Below, piece after piece: positions 29,917-34,968 of a stretch of 34,968 bases of DNA. The position numbers were made by a program, and so were the translations under genes. A model generated the notes under the pieces. It was not told the origin of the DNA and searched no databases. It saw only the letters and a list, made by a program, of their open reading frames with translations. This stretch comes from an uncultured Prevotella sp. GTDB taxonomy: Bacteria > Bacteroidota > Bacteroidia > Bacteroidales > Bacteroidaceae. The stretch is from NCBI GenBank assembly GCA_938023885.1, contig CALJCU010000110.1, positions 1 to 34,968 on the forward strand, in the 5' to 3' direction. The first letter of the stretch is position 1, and every line of letters begins with the position of its first letter.

Positions 29917-30369
29917 ATGAAGAAAATACTTCTCTCTCTTCTCTTTCTTTTAGCTTGTGCCGCAGCGGTGAAGGCTGACGACGGCACTGCTTTGGTGATT
30001 ACTTTCCACGACAATACGACGCAGACGTTCATGCTCTCCACACTCCCTGACATCTGGATGAAGGACGATAAGCTGACTGTCAAGACCGCGGCGACGACAG
30101 CTGAATATGCGCTTTACACGGTCAAGACGTTCACTTTCAGTTCGTTCACAGGCATCGGCGCAATCACGTCTGAGAAGTTCTCGCTGAGCGATGATCGTCT
30201 CGTTGTCTCTGGCGAGAACGCCGAGGCGCGGATCTTCACACCCGACGGACGGGCGGTGGCGTGCCCTGTGGAGCGCACCGGCGGCAATACCGTCGTCTCC
30301 CTCTCAGCTCTTTCGCACGGTGTGTATATTCTCCGTGTAAATGGTAAATCGGTTAAAATCAAGAAATAA
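29917..30369 (+). CDS. Small secreted protein with a T9SS type-A C-terminal sorting domain
   Basis: Signal peptide from ATG 29917; ~55-aa beta module; CTD 'TGI…RIFTPDGR…LSHGVYILRVNGKSVKIKK'. Confidence 0.8.
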   Translation: MKKILLSLLFLLACAAAVKADDGTALVITFHDNTTQTFMLSTLPDIWMKDDKLTVKTAATTAEYALYTVKTFTFSSFTGIGAITSEKFSLSDDRLVVSGENAEARIFTPDGRAVACPVERTGGNTVVSLSALSHGVYILRVNGKSVKIKK

Positions 30370-30370
30370 C

Positions 30371-31726
30371 ATGAAGAATCTATTCCTCTCCCTGGCTTTG
30401 ACGCTGGTCTCTTTAGGCGCATTGGCACAAAAAACGGGTGATGCTTACACGGTCAACAAGGCGGACGGCACCGCCGAGACTTTCCAGCTTGACGGCATGT
30501 ATAACCACATCGCCTTCACCGCTGCTGACCAAATGACGAACTTTATCACTGCCGACGGCGCTGATCTCGCCGAGAACGCGACCTGGAAGGTGGGCGAAGT
30601 GAGGAGTGTGACATTCTCCGTGGCGGCGCCTCCTACGCAGGATCCTACCAACGAGACGGCGACAGACTGTTGCCGCAATATGGGACTGGGCTACAATCTT
30701 GGCAATACTTTCGAAGCCAACTCGCTGAAGACACCGTGGTTTGACCCAGCCACGGCCACCGTGGAGCAGTTTGAGACGCTCTGGGGACAGCAGGTAACTA
30801 CGCCCGAACTGATAACTTTCCTCCATAAAAACGGCATTGGCGCAATACGGCTGCCCGTGACGTGGGCACAGCACATCGACGACCGGGGCAATGTGGACAA
30901 GGCGTGGATGGACCGCATTCAGGAAGTGGTCGACTACATTGTCAATACGGGCATGTACTGCATTCTCAACACGCACCACGACAATGCCGCCGGTCCCGTA
31001 GTGTGGCTCAAGGACGATGCCGACACCTATAAGGCTCATGTGGAAAAGTTTAAGACGCTCTGGACAAACATCGCCACACGCTTCAAAGACTACGGTCACC
31101 TGTTGGTCTTCGAGGGATTCAACGAGATGCTCGATGCCGACAACACGTGGGGGACTCCCAAAAACGAGGCTGCCTACGCCGTTCACAACCAGTGGGCTCA
31201 GGCCTTTGTTGACGCCGTGCGTGCCACGGGCGGCAAGAACGCCACGCGTAACCTCCTTGTCAATCCCTATGCTGCGGCCAACTCCGAAGCTGTCATCAGC
31301 CATTTCACCGTACCCGATGACCCCGTCGGCGGTAATCGGCACCTTATAGTGGGGGTGCATACTTATGATCCTTATAACTTTGTCATCAACAAAACGACAT
31401 GGGACAGTGAATGCAGGAAGTATGTATCCGACATGATGTCACGCCTGAAGACGACATTTGTCGATAAGGGGACGCCGGTGCTCATTGGCGAGTACGGCAC
31501 GCACGGCAACAATCCCGACGGCACCTATGTCTCGGTCAACAAGTCTTCGTCCGACGCCCTGAAGCAAATGGCGGCCGACCAGGCTGCGCAGATCACGCGT
31601 GAGGGCAAGGCCATTGGTGCCCCGGCTTTCTATTGGATGAGCATCATCGACAGTGCCGACCGCGCGGTGCCTCAATGGAGCCTGCCCACTGTGGTTGAGG
31701 CCATGAAGGCGGCCTACGCACAATAA
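30371..31726 (+). CDS. GH5 endoglucanase/glucomannanase (GH5_4-like) with short N-terminal module
   Basis: 'MGLGYNLGNTFE', 'IRLPVTW', 'ILNTHHD', acid/base 'FEGFNE', 'HTYDP', nucleophile 'IGEYG'. Confidence 0.9.
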   Translation: MKNLFLSLALTLVSLGALAQKTGDAYTVNKADGTAETFQLDGMYNHIAFTAADQMTNFITADGADLAENATWKVGEVRSVTFSVAAPPTQDPTNETATDCCRNMGLGYNLGNTFEANSLKTPWFDPATATVEQFETLWGQQVTTPELITFLHKNGIGAIRLPVTWAQHIDDRGNVDKAWMDRIQEVVDYIVNTGMYCILNTHHDNAAGPVVWLKDDADTYKAHVEKFKTLWTNIATRFKDYGHLLVFEGFNEMLDADNTWGTPKNEAAYAVHNQWAQAFVDAVRATGGKNATRNLLVNPYAAANSEAVISHFTVPDDPVGGNRHLIVGVHTYDPYNFVINKTTWDSECRKYVSDMMSRLKTTFVDKGTPVLIGEYGTHGNNPDGTYVSVNKSSSDALKQMAADQAAQITREGKAIGAPAFYWMSIIDSADRAVPQWSLPTVVEAMKAAYAQ

Positions 31727-31738
31727 GCTATCTGTCAC

Positions 31739-32821
31739 ATGCTTCGAATCAAAAAGATTGTTTTCACCCTTTCCCTTATCATCCTTGCCTCGTGCGGTGG
31801 CAAGGAAAAGAAAAGCTATGAGGAATACGGCAGCGACGGTCAGACGACGCGCACGGAGCATCTCGCCGTCAACCTGCGGTCGCTTGTCAACCGCGGCACC
31901 CTCATTGGTCAGCAGTATGCCACCCTTGAGGGCATCGGCTGGCGCGGCGACTCGGCTCGCAGCGACATGCATGCGGTGTGCGGCGAAGGTCCTGCCGCAA
32001 CGTGCTATGAGCTGCAAGGCATCGAGAGCGACAAAAAGAAGAATACCTCAGGCCTTGCGTTTTCACTTATCCGCAAGGACGCCCTGACGATGTTCCGGCA
32101 CGGAGGGCTCGTCACGGTGACGTGGCAACCGCCGCGGGGCTCTGTTGAGACGGTGAGAGCGGGGGCTAAACGTGTCGCTGCCTTTCTCTCCGGACTCTGC
32201 GATGAGTACGGCATTCATGTACCGGTGGTCTTCTATCCTTTGCCTACGGGGTTAGGCAACTGGTACGACCGGATGTCCGCCGAACAGTACTACGCGCTCT
32301 ATACCGCTGTCATGGAGACGCTGAAAGACGAGAATGTACCCAATGTCTTGCCTGGCTATGCTGAGGCATTCACTGACGGCGCGGCGTTCCGCCAGTCACT
32401 GCAACATGGTGATGGGCTTTTCCGTTGCTGCCCTACTGCCGGTGAGACGCGCCCCTTAGCGGTCAACGCCATCTATATTCAGCCAGCCGGCAAGACCGAT
32501 ACTACAGCTTATGCCGCCACGCTGCCGCTGTTGGCAAAGGCCGTGACACGCTTCGCGCAGGACAGAGACCTTGTGCCGTCGCTCACAACGGGCATTGAAG
32601 GCATCGTCGCAAAGGGTCTTTTTTCGCGTACACTGCTGCCCGTCATTAAGGGCAACCGCCTCTCTTACGTGCTCTTCAGCAGTAACAGAGGCACTTTCAA
32701 AAACCGGCATTTCTCAGTTCCCTATCCGGGTACCGGCAATGACATCATCCGTGATTTCGTTACGTTCTGTAATGACCGATCCACAATCTTCATCAATCAG
32801 CTCAACGGTCTGTACCTGTAG
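31739..32821 (+). CDS. GH26-like lipoprotein lacking both catalytic glutamates
   Basis: Colinear with the GH26 at 7777-8841 (IGQQ, RSD…PA…EL, HGGLV.V.W, SYVLF, VPY, DF..F), but RPWHEM is replaced by YPLPTG and LTETG by LTTG. Confidence 0.7.
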   Translation: MLRIKKIVFTLSLIILASCGGKEKKSYEEYGSDGQTTRTEHLAVNLRSLVNRGTLIGQQYATLEGIGWRGDSARSDMHAVCGEGPAATCYELQGIESDKKKNTSGLAFSLIRKDALTMFRHGGLVTVTWQPPRGSVETVRAGAKRVAAFLSGLCDEYGIHVPVVFYPLPTGLGNWYDRMSAEQYYALYTAVMETLKDENVPNVLPGYAEAFTDGAAFRQSLQHGDGLFRCCPTAGETRPLAVNAIYIQPAGKTDTTAYAATLPLLAKAVTRFAQDRDLVPSLTTGIEGIVAKGLFSRTLLPVIKGNRLSYVLFSSNRGTFKNRHFSVPYPGTGNDIIRDFVTFCNDRSTIFINQLNGLYL

Positions 32822-32980
32822 ACCGGGTCAGCTGCGGCGACGGATCGATTACTTGAACGACAACCCCGTCGCCTGATGCTGAAAAGGCACCACCCCAACC
32901 TCTTCCGCGTACAGCAGACCATCAGCCGGATGCAGTGTCCCAGACTCAACGACATGGCGGCAGAGCCGGCCAAGCGCTGA
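32822..32980 (+). pseudogene. Remnant of a Prevotella-type Y1/RAYT-like transposase gene
   Basis: Reads 'GQLRRRIDYLNDNP', then after a 1-bp shift 'RRLMLKRHHPNLFRVQQTISRMQCPRLNDMA'. YxxxNP is the Y1 HUH transposase tyrosine motif; recognised from memory of the family. Confidence 0.5.
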
Positions 32981-33233
32981 TCATTCGTGGGATATCCTTC
33001 ACGGCACGGCCCGACGGCCCGTTCATGTTCTTGAACGCCGCATCCCATGCCTATATTATTCGATAACAAGCAAGCAAAACGACAATTGCCATTAACCTCC
33101 CGTTAATTGACACAAACATTCATGTACAATTAACAGAAAATTAATGGCAATTGATGTATACTCTCACGCCCGCAGTTCCAGAGGCCCTATACACTCCCCT
33201 ATGGGAGGGCTGTGGGTGAGGCGGTGGGACTAT

Positions 33234-33353
33234 TTATGCCCCTGCCAGACCACGAGAATTGATGAGCGCCTCGCCGTAGCCGTTCATAGAGTCGACGTAG
33301 AACGACATGATGCGCTTCACCGCTGCTTTGATGTTCATCATAATCTTTTTCAT
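33234..33353 (-). CDS. Small protein, 39 aa (MKKIMMNIKAAVKRIMSFYVDSMNGYGEALINSRGLAGA)
   Basis: Clean ORF with an A-rich initiation region and its own -7 box (TAACTTTG, 33475-33468). Below the ORF-track cutoff. Confidence 0.6.
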   Translation of the reverse strand: MKKIMMNIKAAVKRIMSFYVDSMNGYGEALINSRGLAGA

Positions 33354-33467
33354 AATTGTTATCCTTTCTACATTAGTTAAACGTTCCGGGACTCGCTAGC
33401 CCCACATAACTATCTTTTACTTATATCGAGCACCTTTATGCAAGGTGCCTTTTCACTTATCTCACTG

Positions 33468-33475
33468 CAAAGTTA
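33468..33475 (-). promoter_or_regulatory. -7 promoter box for the small ORF
   Basis: CAAAGTTA on + reads TAACTTTG on -. Confidence 0.6.
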
Positions 33476-33615
33476 GTACTTTTTTCTGCAACCTTTCCAT
33501 TTTTGTCACATATAGCTTGCAAATGCCACTGTTTTCTTGATTACAGTCAAAAAATGGCAGTCTTCTGCCACTACTGACACCATACAAGGCTTCCCCCAGG
33601 CATGCCCCCGCACTA

Positions 33616-33647
33616 TTTGGAACGGACAGAAAAAGGCCGTAACTTTG
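33616..33647 (+). promoter_or_regulatory. Sigma-A promoter for HU/smalltalk
   Basis: TTTG at 33616-33619 and TAACTTTG at 33640-33647, with a 20-bp spacer. Confidence 0.7.
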
Positions 33648-33760
33648 CATTGTCAAAAGGAAAGAAACCTTCGAAAGAGGAATGAGCGCTCAACACAATC
33701 CCGAGACAAGTCCTAACAATTAATGTCTAACAATCTAAAAATCAGAGAAAGGAAACAACT

Positions 33761-34234
33761 ATGAGCATTCGTTTTAAGAAGCAACAGATCAAGATGAAGA
33801 ATTCCAAGTCGTTTGGAAAGTGGTACGGACGTGCTGTGAGCATGGGCCACATCACAATGAAGAATCTCGCCGAGGAGATCAGCCATTCCACGACTGTCAC
33901 GTAGGCTGACATCATGGCAGTGCTCTCAGAGCTCAGCCACGTCATGAAAGCCCATCTCCAGGATTCCAAGACTGTGGTGCTCGACGGCATCGGCTCCTTC
34001 CAAGTGGGGATTAACTCTACTCTTGCCGATAAGGAGGCCGGCTTCACAGCCAACAACATCAAGAGGTATCACATCCTCTACAAGCCAGAGGTGAAGTTCG
34101 TTGCCAATGGCAACATAACGGGCAAGGGTCATCGTAGCGGCACCTACGTCAAGACACTCCTCAACGGCATCACCGCTGAGGTGCTTGACAAGAGCAAGAA
34201 GGCAGACAGCACAACGACCACCACTCAGCCGTAA
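33761..34234 (+). pseudogene. Bacteroidetes HU-family DNA-binding protein with in-frame TAG at codon 48 (33902-33904)
   Basis: MSIRFKKQQ…GKWYGRAV…LAEEISHSTTVT*ADIMAVLSEL…VVLDGIGSFQVGI…FTANNIK is one continuous frame from ATG 33761. Confidence 0.85.
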
Positions 34235-34321
34235 TGCAAGGGCGGCCCTTCTGGCCGTCCGCATCCTAAGAAGACTGAAGAGCATGGAATGAGAAATTAT
34301 GAATTAAAGAACAATATCAAA

Positions 34322-34420
34322 ATGAACAAGAAAGAGATCTGGAAGATGATCATCAACATGGTCATATCAATTTTGACTGCCGTAGCTACCACACTCGGCC
34401 TGACATCCTGTGGAATGTAA
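34322..34420 (+). CDS. Smalltalk protein (32 aa)
   Basis: MNKKEIWKMIINMVISILTAVATTLGLTSCGM matches the 'W..I….ILTA..T.LG.TSC' pattern, in its usual position after an HU-like gene. Confidence 0.85.
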   Translation: MNKKEIWKMIINMVISILTAVATTLGLTSCGM

Positions 34421-34492
34421 CCCTGATAACATCTAAACGTCACCGAACAACACAGACTGACACGAACATCCTATTAATTGCCAACAACAACA

Positions 34493-34526
34493 AATCCGCC
34501 GCTTCCTGTACTGAAAACGGCGGATT
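34493..34526. terminator. Hairpin between convergent smalltalk and tRNA genes
   Basis: AATCCGCCG…CGGCGGATT 9-bp inverted repeat. Confidence 0.65.
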
Positions 34527-34534
34527 ATTGTTTG

Positions 34535-34609
34535 TAGGGACAATCGGGCTCGAACCGATGACCTCTGCAATGTGACTGCAGCGCTCTAAACCAACTGGGC
34601 TATGCCCCT
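34535..34609 (-). tRNA. tRNA-Val(CAC)
   Basis: Acceptor AGGGGCA/TGTCCCT+A; anticodon stem CTGCA/TGCAG with loop GT-CAC-AT; T arm ATCGG-TTCGAGC-CCGAT; CCA not encoded; -7 box at 34637-34630. Confidence 0.92.
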
Positions 34610-34744
34610 ATTATTTTGGATTGCGGATACAAAGTTACACGTTTTTTTTCGCCCTGCCAAATTTTTCTTCATGTTTTTTGGTGTCGTGTAGGACAGGTCT
34701 GGTGTCCGACTCTATCGCAAAACGAAAAAAATCTTGGTTATTCG

Positions 34745-34775
34745 TTTGGCAATTCAAATAAATAATGTAACTTTG
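34745..34775 (+). promoter_or_regulatory. Sigma-A promoter for rubredoxin
   Basis: TTTG at 34745-34748 and TAACTTTG at 34768-34775, with a 19-bp spacer. Confidence 0.7.
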
Positions 34776-34818
34776 CAAAGTAAGTATTGCAATTATTTCA
34801 ACTTAATACATGAGCATT

Positions 34819-34968
34819 ATGAAAAAGTATGTTTGCACAGTGTGCGGATGGGTCTACGATCCCACAAAAGGTGACCCCGATAACGGCATTAAGCCCGGAA
34901 CAGCATTTGAAGACCTGCCCGCCAAACAAAACGACAAATACCAAAAACTGTTTCTCGGCCATTTGGTG
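34819..34968 (+). pseudogene. Rubredoxin N-terminal two-thirds, diverging after 'FEDLPA'
   Basis: [35 protein letters not shown] is canonical; the expected 'DW.CP.CG' is replaced by [15 protein letters not shown]. Confidence 0.8.

Noticed and set aside
3868..32821. Genome-wide TAG-to-Gln reassignment
   Set aside because: The epimerase, mgp, PIN, DUF6057-like, corrected TolB-like and GH26-like genes all end at TAG at plausible C-termini, so TAG works as a stop. Only leaky read-through remains possible.
33144..33380. 78-aa plus-strand ORF
   Set aside because: It overlaps the minus-strand 39-aa ORF, which has a promoter and a better initiation context.
34535..34560. tRNA-Val 3' end as an attachment site for a PUL-carrying island
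   Set aside because: No duplicate of the tRNA 3' end and no integrase were seen in the window.
1..34968. CRISPR array, rRNA or intact IS element
   Set aside because: No regularly spaced repeat-spacer array, rRNA-like sequence or complete transposase was seen.

Overview
This is a chromosomal window from a Bacteroidales bacterium, most likely Prevotella-like, judged by its TAnnTTTG promoters, SusC/SusD genes, HU/smalltalk cassette and T9SS protein. Bases 1-2922 hold the 3' end of a lipoprotein operon (HExxH zinc metallohydrolase, DUF4302-like, BACON). Bases ~2955-32821 form a large beta-mannan/glucomannan utilisation locus. Its leftward arm is CE7 esterase, GH26, GH130 mannosylglucose phosphorylase, GPH/MFS transporter, cellobiose/mannobiose 2-epimerase and AraC. 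Its rightward arm has two SusC/SusD pairs, surface glycan-binding lipoproteins, a DUF6057-like + CxxCH/TolB-like pair, a small T9SS-CTD protein coupled to a GH5, and a GH26 homologue lacking both catalytic glutamates. A low-GC PIN toxin-antitoxin-like module sits in the divergent promoter region. The right end has a transposase remnant, a small ORF, HU + smalltalk, tRNA-Val(CAC) and an interrupted rubredoxin. Main highlights: (i) a 21-bp-period direct-repeat operator at three promoters, probably bound by the AraC; (ii) a possible T9SS carrier/cargo pair sharing an N-terminal module; (iii) the pseudo-GH26; (iv) two in-frame TAG codons and several frameshifts. All family calls are by eye from motifs and synteny; no searches were run.
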